From the NCBI GenBank assembly GCA_040954595.2, contig CM082583.2, positions 7,934,849 to 7,998,848 of the forward strand: a stretch of 64,000 bases of DNA, read 5' to 3'. Below the pieces are notes generated by a model. That model saw only the letters and a list, made by a program, of their open reading frames with translations, had not been told where the DNA came from and did no database searches. This DNA is from Balanoglossus misakiensis. Lineage: Eukaryota > Animalia > Hemichordata. Each line of letters begins with the position of its first letter. Position 1 is the first letter of the stretch. The position numbers and the translations under genes were made by a program. Of this stretch, positions 1 through 13,300 are shown piece after piece.

Positions 1-383
1 GCATCCTCCGAGAAATGCAAAGTTGTATTTAAATTAAGCACCCATTCAAGGCCACATTGCATTCAAAAGTCGAAAAGACAACAGCGAGGCCGTTGACCCC
101 AGCATACGTTTTGACAAGACGGCTCATCATCTGCAGATCTCTGACAGCAGATACGCGACGCAGCAGTGCGGTTTTTTTTAGATGCCGCGCGGGTCTCGCA
201 ACTCCCAACACACGCCGGTGTTCTGAGCCAAACACAATTCGCGCAGTACTAAATCTGGGTAAATAATCAGCGACTATGTAATGTAATAAGTTGGGGCGAA
301 AAAAAAATGGCGTGAAGCAATCTCACCATCGTTGCAAAGCCCGTTGCCGATGATACTGCTCTAATGCGCACATGGATGCTTGA

Positions 384-404
384 TGACGTCAAGGGATGAC
401 GTCA
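384..404. promoter_or_regulatory. Tandem full CRE palindromes in intron 1 of the Trk-like gene
   Basis: TGACGTCA at 384-391 and 397-404. Confidence 0.45.
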
Positions 405-2461
405 TTGGCAGAGTTGAGTACTGTCGTACATGTTTATCAAGATAGCTCCGTATTTCAACTCACGACTTGAAGGGTACCATAATGTGTTTAATATTCTGCG
501 CACATTGGCCTTTCCGTGCGAATGGACGGCCCAGTTTTCGTGCGTACTATATGTTGGAAGAGAAAATAATGCTATCACCGCTCGCTGAACTACGGGACCG
601 TGGTATTTCTGTGATTTGGTAACCCAACAGAGTAATTAAACCAATGCCGAGTGGAGCCAAGACAAACACAAGTGTCACATCTTAATCGTTACCTCCTACG
701 CAAATCAAAACAAAATCAAATTGTCTGTCAGCGCCACCGAGTAGCACAACGGATGAACCCCCCCCCCCCCCCCCTTCGAGATCAATCGACAGGTCCTTCT
801 GCTCAATGGCATCAAATACTTCATCGAAATTGCTGCGCTGACATCGAATACTCCGTCAAAATTACAGAGATAGTATTTCGAAAAGAGAGTTTATCACTCG
901 CCCGGAATGATACCCCATTAAAACAGTTACACACATAACTAACGTTCCATTGCCTACAATCAACATTCACGTTTTCGTATTTTTACCGCTAATGAGTCCG
1001 GGGCTAAGACTATAATGTTTCACGCCGCCACTGGCCGCCAACATAGTACGACGTTCGCCAGCGCTCACAAAATGATTTTCCAACAAGGCACAACACGCGC
1101 CACGAACATCACCGCTGATATCATTGAATTCGCCTTTTTTTCATATCGCCATGTCCTGTTTGTCACACGACACGACCAGCACACACTGTCGGCAGACGGT
1201 TATAGATGGTGGATTTCGCAGATCAGCGACGGAACGACGTACCGAGCTATTTCCTTAAAATTTTACTTAGGGGGAGAGTGATGTATTTGGCGAGCTCGCC
1301 GACTACACCGAACTACGGCAGACGCTGAATGGAAAATTTAATATACAACACATATGTCCTTGAAATTAAAATAATGCGGGAATAGCAAGGATTGGGTTAT
1401 ATTTTGCAGAGAACAGCGTCTTCTTACAATTATACAGTAATAATTAATAGAAGTAAAATATCTTAGGTTAATTAAACGGAAGCACTGTGTCGTCTCTCTG
1501 TTCATTGCTCAAAAGACGACACTTACAGGGTTGGCTGCGTAGACAGCAAAAAAATCAGTTAAATATATCGTCCTTGTAACTAGGGCAGCGCCCGGTTATA
1601 TTAAACAGAAAGTGAACAGAATAAGTGAAAATGGGCAATATCGGTTGCTTGGATACGGTGGCAAACCACGAGACCAAGTGCCACACTTTGCATGATGCAA
1701 AGAGAAAAAGACACCGAGAATAACGCTCAGAAGTAGCGGGTGTGCAGTGTCACACATTAGGGTATCTGCATCTGACGCCGTGTAGAAATTAGCAATCTTG
1801 GTAAGACCGTTTTATGTTACTCGGAAAAGCTCTGTGTACGACCAGTATAATTTTAACAGGTCAAAAAAATTAACACCGGTCTTGTCGATTTCACCTGGGC
1901 TCGGCGACCAATTAGAATGACAGGACACGCGCGTGCCGTGTTCATAATTTTGACGCATATTGAACAAAATGTACATTGCACAGCAAAACCAGGCTAGATT
2001 ATCCCCCTCAAAACTCCCTTTCTTGTTGTGACTCGTATAATATGCGAGTCGATAGGTTGTAAACGCACCATTGTGTGCGAGCGAGTGCCCTTTGTATTTC
2101 GATTGGTTTTCACCGAGGACAACTACCCTTAGTCGGCCTTTCAAATGGCGATTTTAAATGGCGTTGATCATCCTTGTAAACAAACGCACTAAGTTTAACG
2201 CCTCGGCCGCACTCTGTGCCGAGGAAAGGAAAAGTGGATCAGATTTTTTTTTTCAATGTCTACGGCAATGTCCTTCACAACAGTTTGTTCACGGCGGCCT
2301 TCCCGGGCTGTGAACGCAGTATATATTGCGACATGGCGGGCAGAGGGGTGGTTCTAAGATTCCGAGGCGATTTGTGTAATGAGCACCCACTTGTTTGAAA
2401 ACTACATGTCATGGACAAACAAGATAAAAAAACAAAAACACAACAAGACAGAGATACTTAC

Positions 2462-2655
2462 AGTTCGGTGACTTGCTCCGATCTGAACAGAGGAATTTCT
2501 GACAAAGTATCCTTCTCGACGCACTGGATCTCCCGTTCCGTACATTTGCAGTGAGTAGGGCAAACCGACGCACCTCCTCCGAGAACGGCTGCTGCGATTA
2601 TGTACAGCTGCAGCGTGTAATACGCTGTCAGATACATGGTCCACAAACGGTGCAT
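2462..2655 (-). CDS. First coding exon (signal peptide + LRR N-terminal Cys cap) of a Trk/NTRK-like receptor; gene continues left beyond the window
   Basis: ATG at 2655 gives MHRLWTMYLTAYYTLQLYIIAAAVLGGGASVCPTHCKCTEREIQCVEKDTLSEIPLFRSEQVTEL: hydrophobic signal peptide, CPxxCxC...IxC cap, then a phase-2 GTAAGT donor at 2461 as typical of LRR genes. It resembles the TrkB N-terminus as recalled (CPTSCKC..IWC..ENITEI). A glycoprotein-hormone-receptor or other LRR protein is not excluded. Confidence 0.6.
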
Positions 2656-5525
2656 TTTTTGGCAGTCTTTTCTCCGTCTGTCGCTTGACAGTTCCAGATA
2701 AATGGCGTTTTTTGAGACGGCAACTGGACACTTGAAGAGAGACCAGTCGGTCTTAATGGGATTCAACGCGCGGAGCGGACGTCGGCGTGAATCTTCCCCG
2801 AGTAACCTGTCCTTGCAGGGTCTACGTAAGCAACAGAAGCGTGCAGTCTCGACGTAAACATGCAGTCACTGCTTGAGGAGACGATCAGGGCAGACGACAA
2901 ATTTCGAAAAGAGAATACATCAGGAGAAAATTAAAAGTGGGCGAAAGAGAACATGATGTGATTTCCATTTAGCGACTGGCATATTGAGTCCTGCTAGTGG
3001 AGTGTCAGTGTCATTTTCCAACTCGGTGAGGCACCAGCGGGGTCTCAGTTTTCAACGTGGAATACAGGCCGAGCGCTGTGACGCTGCGTTTCGCCTCACG
3101 GTGTATAGCCTTCACTACGTATGTAGCAACTGTAAAAGAGCCAGCGAAGAGATGTTAAACAGTCAGTCGTCGAGATGTGCCAGCGACGCTATGAAAGCCG
3201 CATCGCCATTGGCCCATCCCCGCCTTTGTTGTTTCATAATGCACAAGCTCCCCCTGTCAATGCATGATGCGAGTCCTTGGTTAACGAGCAGAGGACACAC
3301 CTTTATGCAAATATATCATATTTGGTCGTGTGGGTCAACGTGTCGGCGGGTCAGGTAGTTTTGCAAACCTGCCAGCAACGGAACCGCGTTTTTTTTCTTT
3401 TCGGCGGTGCGTGTGCTTTTGCGAGGAACAATCCCCCCTCCCCGAACTCGCCCTCGGTGTCATGACACATCAAATCAAATTCCACAGCAATACTTGACGT
3501 GTTCATCTTCGCAACAGACACTTTGCATACATAACTCTGTCGTATCGCAGCCCCTGGTATTCACTTGTACAGTTATCTGTCTGCGGGGATCACTTGTCAT
3601 TTTCAATGCTATAAACACTTATTAGAGACACACGTGACCCAAGGTGGTAATTCATTCACGGCCGATGTAATTGCTAAAATGTGCACTTGAACTTCGAGGA
3701 GTGGAGGCGTCGCATAACGATGCAACGACCTATTTAAAACAGGTAACCTCGAAATCGGGTCGTCAATTTTTGCACATTAAAGTCGTCATTGAACACCATG
3801 TGTACAACCTACAGGAACGTCCTACCTTCAAAACAGTATTACACGCAGGACGCGTGCATTGTGGAGGTTGTGTTTCTAGTAACCAAGGTAACAGAATCCC
3901 TACCACCTTAATGATCCGAGCGACCTATTTTTGAATATTTTCTTTCTGCTGAAAGACGGAATACGTTCTGTGAAGACAGAAGGTGGGTGGCAAACCCACC
4001 CTGTCGACAATAATGCGTAAGACTCTAAGGAACCAGTTTTCTATATATTGCCGCTGGCTAAACACCGTAAATTCGGGTTGATTCGCGTTGTCCGAGCCTC
4101 ACAACACAGTAAACACCGAACGCGCACATTTCGCATATCTGTGGACCCAAAGCTATCAACACAGAGGGCGCTGGCGCAAATGCACGGGCATATTTATTGA
4201 ATTTAAACAAAAATGATCACAATTGAAGCATACGTGTGCGCAAACCCTGCGCATTCCTGCCGTTGAGCAATATTTACCACCCGCAAAAAACAGTTTCACA
4301 AAAAAAAACACCCGGTGATTGATAGCGCTTTTGGCATTCTTGGAAACAAATCTGAAGCCCAGGCTGTAATACCCACTGCCTGCCTACAAGTACATATGAT
4401 GATCCATCCATCACCATAGCAACGCGTGATGTAAGAAGCGCTTGACCAATTACGCGCGATGGATTAAAGCCGCTGAAAGAAGCTAAAGCGAAGAAGGGGC
4501 TTATTATTTTACAACGTTAAAGTATTTACGCAAATTTTACACGCAAACTGCGCTTATTATTTCGAGTTATACATGTATATGATTAATTGAAGGTCTGTCT
4601 GACACCGTTGTTATCTGTTAAAAAAGGGAACATCGAATTTCTGTGTTTTGGGGCTAAAAGCAAATAAAACCTGACGATTAGGACAATATACAACATGCGA
4701 CTGCACATTTTCGGAGAAAACGTAAACGCAGCTCTTATTATTTTACATTTTGTAAAACTCACATGATCGAAATCTAATAATGAAGAGCGGCGATGTAAAC
4801 TCAGCTACACCAGGTCTGCTGAACAAGTAAACACCAAAATTGGTCATTTTCCAGATTGAAAACCTAGTATCGCACCATTAACATTAAATTTAGAGCTTGT
4901 CACCACCCCCCCCCCCCCCCCCCCCAAATATGTACAATGATCGGTTGGAGGAAATATGCACGAGGGGCTCCATTCGCAATTCTGGCACCAAATCACAAAC
5001 CCCAGGAAACATTTCACCACAGTCCGTGTGATTTCACTCCCTCGGATCGAAGCAGGCCATGCTGACATGGGTGGCGGGGAAGGGGGGGGGGTGCACACAC
5101 AGCGAAATTTGCAGTGGTGAAAACGGTCCGATTTAATACGATTTCTTGGTCACCATGGCAGCACATTGCGCGAAATTCGGCTTGGGTGGTGCTACACGCG
5201 AAATCGGGTGAATTAACCCGGCTGCTAATCAATGGTACCATTCTCCCGTATTATTGTTTATAAGACTGCTGCCTGCGGAAGATATCGTCGACGATATAAA
5301 TCAAAAGAACGCAAGAAAAGCACTCCACCTGTCCAATCCCCATCACAACCCAATTAACCCAAATGTGCGTGGACAGTTCCGTTTCAAGGAAAAAACACAC
5401 GGTTGTCTGTTTAGCTGTCTGTATCGTGCTTGAACGCATTTTCTCTCGTTGAGTATGATATCGTGCCTAACTGCGTTGCCTTGGAAACAAGTGGCTTTTA
5501 ATGATTTTATTTATTGTCGAGGTAA

Positions 5526-6628
5526 GGGACTGTCCAGAATTTACTTCCAGGGGGGGGCTGGAGGATTTTCAGGGGGGGCCACCCATTTTCCCCAAGAAAA
5601 ATTAGGGGGGGTCAGACATAAAAATCACAATCCTTTAGGGGGGGCCATGTAAAATACTCTCACAAACTCAATATTTGCCCAGAAGCACTGATTTATACAA
5701 TGTATAAGAAACAAACCACCATGGCTACCTGGATGACAGATGAACTCCGCAAGTGTATTAAATCTTCATAAGCTGGAATTTCCAGTAATTTTTACAGTGG
5801 GTTATTTTGTATATCTACTACAGTTTCTCGTTCTACTCTGTGAAGCATAATAAAATGCCCAGTATTTGGCCTGCCAGCACAGACCATAAATGTACAGTGA
5901 ACAGTCAGTGTTGTTACTGTTGACGAGCTCAATTCAAGTCCAGACTAGAATTCGTTAATTTTCTCATCAATCATTCATATATGTATATAAAAAGTTAATT
6001 TGCTTTTGGGTTCATTAAAATGCAGCTCTGAGCTCTGTATTTTATAAAATTTTCTTACAGGGGAGGGGGACACCCCCTCCCAAACCCACCCCCTTCACTT
6101 CTCGGTTTACAATATCTGCCAACACAGAATACAAATACTTAACAAATATAAACAATGTTCAGTTTTAATATCCACTGATGAGGAAAAACATCAGTTTCAA
6201 ATTCTTTTCATGGGAGCGCTGTTTTTCTTTTTTTACAAGATAGATAGGTGATGTGTTTTGCTGTGTGAAAGAAAATGGGGGGTGGGATTTCAAAATTTTA
6301 AGCTGTTCGGAAGGGGGGGGGGGTTGAAAATATTTCGGGTTGTGTACGGGGGCATGCGAAAATTAACGGTAAAAAAAATTTAATTCTCCCCCCCCCTTCC
6401 AGAGGTGTTTGTAAATGCAGCCTTATCAGACTGTATGTGTCGTAGTCTGTACCGGTAAGCATGCATGTATATATTGGGGGGGGGGGGGGGTCATGGAAAA
6501 AAAACAGGAAATTTACGGGGGGGCCACAGATTTCCTCCACAATTTACAAGGGGGGGCCATGGAAAAAAATCACCAGGAAAATAAGAAATCCTCCAGCCCC
6601 ACCCTGGAAGTAAATTCTGGACAGTCCC
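5526..6628. mobile_element. Non-autonomous DNA transposon (PIF/Harbinger-like MITE), 1103 bp
   Basis: TIR GGGACTGTCCAGAATTTACTTCCAGGG at 5526 and its reverse complement ending at 6628, with inverted similarity continuing through GGCTGGAGGATTT. 3-bp TAA duplication at 5523-5525 and 6629-6631. G-rich subterminal repeats; no transposase ORF. Confidence 0.85.
5901..5953. repeat. Short palindromic interspersed repeat, copy 1 (inside the Harbinger-like MITE)
   Basis: CAGTCAGTGTTGTTA...AATTCAAGTCCAGACTAGAATTC, similar to the copies at 56637 and 61598. Confidence 0.55.
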
Positions 6629-7211
6629 TAATGAGGAATTGTGCGAAGCACTCAATCACAGAACCGGTACAGATCCCTCGGAAAGAACAGTCGTCGACGG
6701 CACCTGGAGACTGACCTTTGACCCGCTCAGAAGTGACACTCGCACTCAGCAGTGTCTGCATCAGAACGACTGCCAAATATAGCACGTAATTGTGTAAGAT
6801 ACAACACATCATAGCAACACAAATACAAGTAGTTAAAAAACGACCTAAAATCCACGCCATTGCCCAAAGGAAAAAACATCATGGCGCTTATTTAGGTTAC
6901 GCTCGGTTCAGTTGATAAATGCCAGTAGGCAACATAAATCAGGGGTGAAATAATTCTGCTCCATTTTTAAAGGCCAAAGGTGCAATATCCTTCAACTAGG
7001 AAGCAGTATTTTTTTGCTTCTTAAAGAAATAAATACTTTGGTGACAAAATTATGTTTTAATGTCAGTGTTAAATCAACTGGGCCCCAGAACCGACATTAG
7101 TGTCTGTGCTGTTAGTGGAGACAGCGTCATACCGACTCTCTATCTGACACTTGAGGGGGAAAGCACACATGGGAAACCCGTTGACAACTGCATAAATTGT
7201 GTCTGTCATCC

Positions 7212-7301
7212 TTAACCCCTTCATCCCCAGTTCCCTCTTTAGAGGTCCAACGTTACCATAGCAAACAATGGGTTTGGACAGAACCATGGCGGTGAAAGGG
7301 T
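7212..7301. mobile_element. Degenerate short piggyBac-like MITE remnant
   Basis: Begins TTAACCCCTTCA and ends GGTGAAAGGGT (imperfect inverted termini); TTAA present on the left only. Confidence 0.35.
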
Positions 7302-10300
7302 CCCTCTTACGATCACCGATGTGAATTTTCCTCTGTATATCGATTAATTATTCTATCGTCTGCAATATTGACCCCAGAGGACCAGGCAGTTTAATTCATC
7401 GGTAACAAATTACTTTGCGATATAGTCAGGAGTATTTTATAATTTTTCTTATCGGGGCCCTGGAAAGAACTGCTGCAGCTGAAAAATATGAAAGTCGGCG
7501 GGTAACAAAAGAAGATTCGGAAACATGTCGATTTTATATTGGTATACTCGCTTGTCTCGACGGGACGTTGACAAATGGAAATCAAGACTCGACTAACCGT
7601 TCGCATCGTCTGCTATATCAAACTGTAGCCGTAATCTGCAACGCAGTGCAGTGCAACGAGGACTGCGCAAAAACATGAATAAATCTAGATGCATCGACAT
7701 ATCACTGGTCAACTGTAGGCATTAATGAAGCCTATTTTGCCTCTCTGATTTTAAGCGTGCATGGAGATAAAACGTGAGGACTCCCGCCCTGCAATGACTA
7801 CATCTACCCCTGACGGCCCATGAGGAAACCTTGACCCCGACCGACCTTGACTGCCACGTTGCCATGGCTACCTACATGAACACGGATGCTTCAGTTTCGT
7901 GGAATTTCACAAGTGTCACTGTTTATTGTAACCCACCTTGAAACAAATATCTGAATGTCTATCACAGAAATTAACACTGATTGCTCCGTCGGCAAGCCGT
8001 GCTGCTGACGAAAGACAAGAATCTTGATTTCCATGGTAACAGCATTGATACTGTCTTCTCTCCGGTCTAATTATCGTGGAGCGATACTTTTATCACTTTA
8101 TTTTTACTTTTGAAAGAAACTAATCAGCCAATTTATGTTGTCACTTTACTTAAAATAATTATTATTGTTGTTCTTACTGTTATCATCATCATCATTTCGC
8201 TTTTGATGGTTTCCTAAACCAATGCCATTTCCATGGAAACGTGGAAATCTTACTGTTTTGATAGTGTAACAACAATCTCTGTGAAAATAAATATGGAACT
8301 CCGTCGAGAATATAGCGACGTGCGGTCACGTTTCTTGCAAGAAGCTAGCATTCAAGGTCGATGGGGATTTCCAAAACTGTTTAGAAACAAATATAGCATT
8401 CATTTGCTGACACCTACTTTAAATTGGTATCAATAACACTAATTTTGTTTCATTGTCCCGTTTGAAATGGATCGGCCAAGTTGCTGTTGAAATTCACGAA
8501 GGCTCTATAAATAAGTCCCTATCACGGCTTCTTGCAGAAACCTTTGAATAGTCTTGAACCTTATAAAATCACGACACCTTGACAACTTGAAGCGTCTCAA
8601 TAAAATGTTTTCTTCCTTGTTTTGACCAAATTGTTGTTTTTCATCCACTCTGGTGGGAGACTGTTTGTACAAAAAGCGTGACGCAGTGTTATGCTAGAAA
8701 TACCCAAAAATAGGAAAGGGAAAAAAGTGTGTGATCTGACAAGGCCGACACCAATGTTTCCAAGAAGCTGCGTCCAGCTGAGAGCCGGGGTGGAAAAAGA
8801 AGAACGATGGCAATGATATTGCCGGAGATTGGGAAAGAGTACTAAAAGTAACATGGCGTAACCGTCGTCAATGTAGTGGACTTTGATGTCTGGAGCGTGT
8901 GATGACCAGTTTTGCGATTGGAGTTCGACACTGGAGGCAGGGCACCTTAATTATCACATTTTTTTCTGATCAACAAATACGTTATGTCATCTTTCTCGAC
9001 TGGAATTTGAACGGGTGATATCGCAGACTTCTATTACAGCAGACACATCTGCACATCCCAGCCCTCCTTCAACATCTACCCTCGTTCGGAGCCCATATTA
9101 ACGACCCCCCCCCCCCTCTCCATGAAATGAGCGGTGCCCGGCGACTTGTTGCAAATTGACATTTTAAAAATCACAGGCCTAAAACACGCCAACCAAATGT
9201 GCTGTAAATGTTCGCCACGGTAGTTAGTGACTGCTTGTCGATATGATAAAGGTCACTCCCAATATGTTCCTACAGGTATCTGTCACAATTGCGTTTCCTA
9301 TAATCTTTCTGGTGCTCAGAGAACGCTCCTTATTTTATGACTGTAACAAGCATTCTGAGGCTAATCTGATCAAGGTTCTTGCCTATGGGTACAGGCGATG
9401 TGCCTCCCAACCTTCTCAGAGAGAAATTCAGTTTTGTGACAAACAACATTTTTTTTCAAAACAAAAACCGGAAAGCCGGGAGTTCAGTAATATCAGGAAG
9501 GATACTGTCAGGGATCGATCAACGTTTTTAAAAATACGGCGAAACAAAAGTTTTCAAGAAGTTCCAAACTCCAAACACAACGTACGCCTGATATAAATCG
9601 ACCTATGACTTTTCCACGTCAGGACAGAAAACCCGGCAAATATGGACCACTGTGACCGAGAATTCTTTTTTTCTCACACACCCGACAAGATGAGTTTATG
9701 TTATAGTTATACAATGTGCATCGTTATTGCGGAGGTTCTAGTATAATACTGTACACATATTAACTAGTGGAGACAGTTGCCACGTCCCATCAGTTGGATG
9801 ACAAGTGCACAAGCTCCCGCAAGCAGAATTGTTTCTAAGGCTAAACATTTTTCGCATTATGAAAATGCCTGGCTTTGGTTCGGGTCATGTCCTCCAGCCC
9901 CGCGGATACTTTGCTGACCGAGTGACGTCATAACATCGCATAAGTTACAGCTGGACAAGGGGCGATACCAAATCAAGAGTTAAAGCGCGGATTTTAATGA
10001 TTTCCAATTAGACCCTTACAACTGTCCAACAAGCATGATGACGAAAGTCGGCTGTCTATTAATATGCCGGTGATACATAAACCCGCCTGGAGTCTTATAA
10101 CCGACATGTCTGCTGTTTAATCTTGTTAGTTAACGTAGCCTGACATTTAAGGTAGACGTGTAGTTTTCTGGGTGGCTAATGAGCTTACGCTTATCTGCAA
10201 CCTGGTATTTATCAGCGATGTCCCAGTCTGTCTGCTACAGTCTAATACTAGGAAAAACCGAGACATTTGCAGCCCGGGGAAGTAAACATCATCGCGAATA

Positions 10301-13300
10301 ACACAATGCAAGGGTGAATCTGCGAGGGGGTGTGAGAGAGAAGGGGTAGCGGGAGAGAGAGAGAGAGGAGAGGAAACATTTACAGATAGCCCTATGATGT
10401 TGGCACCACAACATTAACAACGTGAACCTCAATCTCAGTCTAAAAACCATGTCTGTCATACACAGACTCACATTTAGCGTAAACAAAAATATCAATTAGA
10501 GCGATAATGAAGTGTGTGAACAACAGACTGTACTTGTTATCCTTAGCTGAAGTCCCTAACCCTAACTCACAAAAATGAGATGATGAAAAAAAAATACAAA
10601 AGTCGATCATAGTTTGTGCAAAATATACATACGAGAAGAAGCAATGCAAATAATATTTCTTTCAATATTAATGTAGCTATAAATTGGAATTATGGATTTT
10701 CAAAAGCTCCAAGTAAACATATTTATACTTGAGAGCGAATAAGTGACATTTGCAACCTCTTTTATATATTAACATATTAATAAGGTAAATTTGGATATAT
10801 ATTGTCGATATTTTTCTTGGCGATACAAACACGAATTTTAATCTTAATCCGATTCCAGCGCGAGACCAAATCCTTGTTTTTAAGTTTAGTCACGTGGTTT
10901 AGTCGGAGTCATTGGCTGCGATGTAGATCAAACAATGTGGGCGTTTTCTGTGAAATCACCGATGCCCAGATCTCACGTGGTCCAGGTATTGTTATTGGGA
11001 GACTTATCGCCAATTCAATCTTGAAAAGGTAAAAAGTTAAAGCTAACCTGTTCTGTAGGCGGAGTGCGGGTTCACATTACTCAGTCTAGATTACTGGTCT
11101 ACGTACATCATTTTAAAAACAAGAATAGATAGACGTAAAAACTAACAAAATAAAAAGTAATAACTGTAACTGTCAGCATTATGTTCGTGAAATGTTTCAG
11201 CTGAGTTTTAAACTTTTTCAAAACTACATCGAAGTCTTTCAGGTAGCGAATTCAAAATTCTTCAAGTTTGAAATACAATAAAATAAAATGTTGGATATGA
11301 TTTAAAGTTGGTTGAGTCATCACATCTAAGATATGTGGAACACAAAGACCCGGCTTAGTTTGGCCCCTGCAGTCAAATCCCAAGCACTGGGCTATTGAAT
11401 GTATAGAATACTATTGTTCAAAACATATTCCAACACAATGGATAACTTGGTCACACCCCAGACGCCACCGAGGCCAGGTAACGCTGTGAGAGGTATGTGC
11501 TTGCTGTGTGTTTGGTGTCAGGCTGACACAGATAACATGGCTGGCCGTTCTCTTTTTTTGGGTGCAGCCCTGACCGTTGCCACCGTTCAGAGAGACACTT
11601 CTGGTTGAACGGACAGAGCTGGCAAGCGTGACTGCCCCGTTGTCTCCACGCAAGATTTGTGGACGTACAACAATGCCTGAGTACGTTTACAAGAAACAAC
11701 GCAATTATCTTCCTGCCACAAAACAACACGGAACGACTTTTGCATTTTGTCGATCGGAGTCTCCACCAACGCAGCCCCCCCCCCCCCCCCCCTCTTCCGC
11801 GGTGTGACCTAATGCCCCGTCCTTTTTCTTCCCACAAAGTCGACCGACTGGCTTCTTGCCAACTTTCTGTTCGCGGGCGTGAATGCAACGCCAGCGAAAC
11901 ACATGATAATTTCTCATGCCGCGATCGCTGCTTAAGACGTCTGCAGAAGGGCACAGGCGTACGTTTGACTGCGTAGATAATGGTCGCCGCGGCAACCATT
12001 GTGACGGCCGATACCTGCGCATTAGTTTTCAATGTGCATGTGCGTTCACATCGAGGGGCCCAGAAACACCGGACAATCACCTATTCTTTTGCGATGTAGT
12101 GACCACGGTCTGTCCCTTTTTTGTTGTGCATTCTTCGTGAACTCGCATACACCGCCTGTTTTAATGTAAACTGTGTCGCAAACGGCTGACCGAAATTGCA
12201 AAACAAATCTAAAGGAAGAAATCACCGTCTCTCTAAATCATAAACATGTCACGTTAGTGTATTCGTTTCGTCAAGTTCAGTCGTGTTAGCTCAACGCAGC
12301 AATCTGTTGAGTGCCTACAGAACTGAGCAGCAGGCGACTGTGTAAGCGAGTCACTTTTAGGAAGGGGACCACTGCAAGACAGGGTCACTCCACTGACGTT
12401 GAGAGTGACCGTTTACAAGACAGCGTTTTCGACATGCGAAGACCACTCCGTGTCCACTAACAGTCAGTCGACAGGGAATTTTCCACAGAACAATAGGAGG
12501 TGAACCGCTGATTCACGACAACAAAAACGGAATTGGAATATGCGTACACATCAAACACACGCAATGTTCTGATCAAACTTCGAATTTGTGATTTTGAAAG
12601 CTGTGGTTTATATGCTTTGCCTATCCATGTCGCGAGATGAAAACTCAGTCGACATTATTTATACCTGAAGATGTCTTCACCGACAAACAGACAGGCGAAG
12701 AGGCAGGCGGAATACGGACGGAATTTAGCTAACGCCAACATTCAAAATTTAAAAAAAAAAACTGATTACGAGGCGTTACTGTTATAACAAGTACTACAGT
12801 GCCAGAGGTGTTAATTTTTAACAATGAATTTTGAGAAAGACGGATTTCAGGGACAGTTCGTGTAGGTCGACACAAGTGACCAATGCGAAGTTTTCGTTCA
12901 TCACGTGTGGTTAATTTTAGATATGTATTAATCCTTTTGCGTACTAGTAGGCGTTGACACCCCCCCCCCTCTCGCTTGGCTAAAATGGGGCCCTTCGTCA
13001 CAAGATTGATTTACGTGAAATGATAGACACCATCATAATATGAAAAATATCACCGACGAACATAAATAAAAGAAATCACTATTCCGACGCTAAAATTATT
13101 GCATTTTCTTGAGTAACAAAAGATTATGGATAAAAAAAACATACCGGTCGTTTTACTAACACAACATGTAACCCGGAGCCCCTAAGATACGGTCGCGGTA
13201 ACCATGCAGCTGGGTTTCGTATTGCTGCCTTCATCACAGATTCGTATCGCAAATAAGAAAACAGTTAGAGTGAGACTGTAGTCGAGCTAATGACCCTTGT

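Noticed and set aside
10554-10567. CCCTAACCCTAAC telomere-like motif
   Set aside because: Only two units, with no flanking structure.
11451-12080. 209-aa ORF and several overlapping ORFs
   Set aside because: No recognisable domain; openness is explained by local GC richness and a poly-C run. More likely regulatory DNA.
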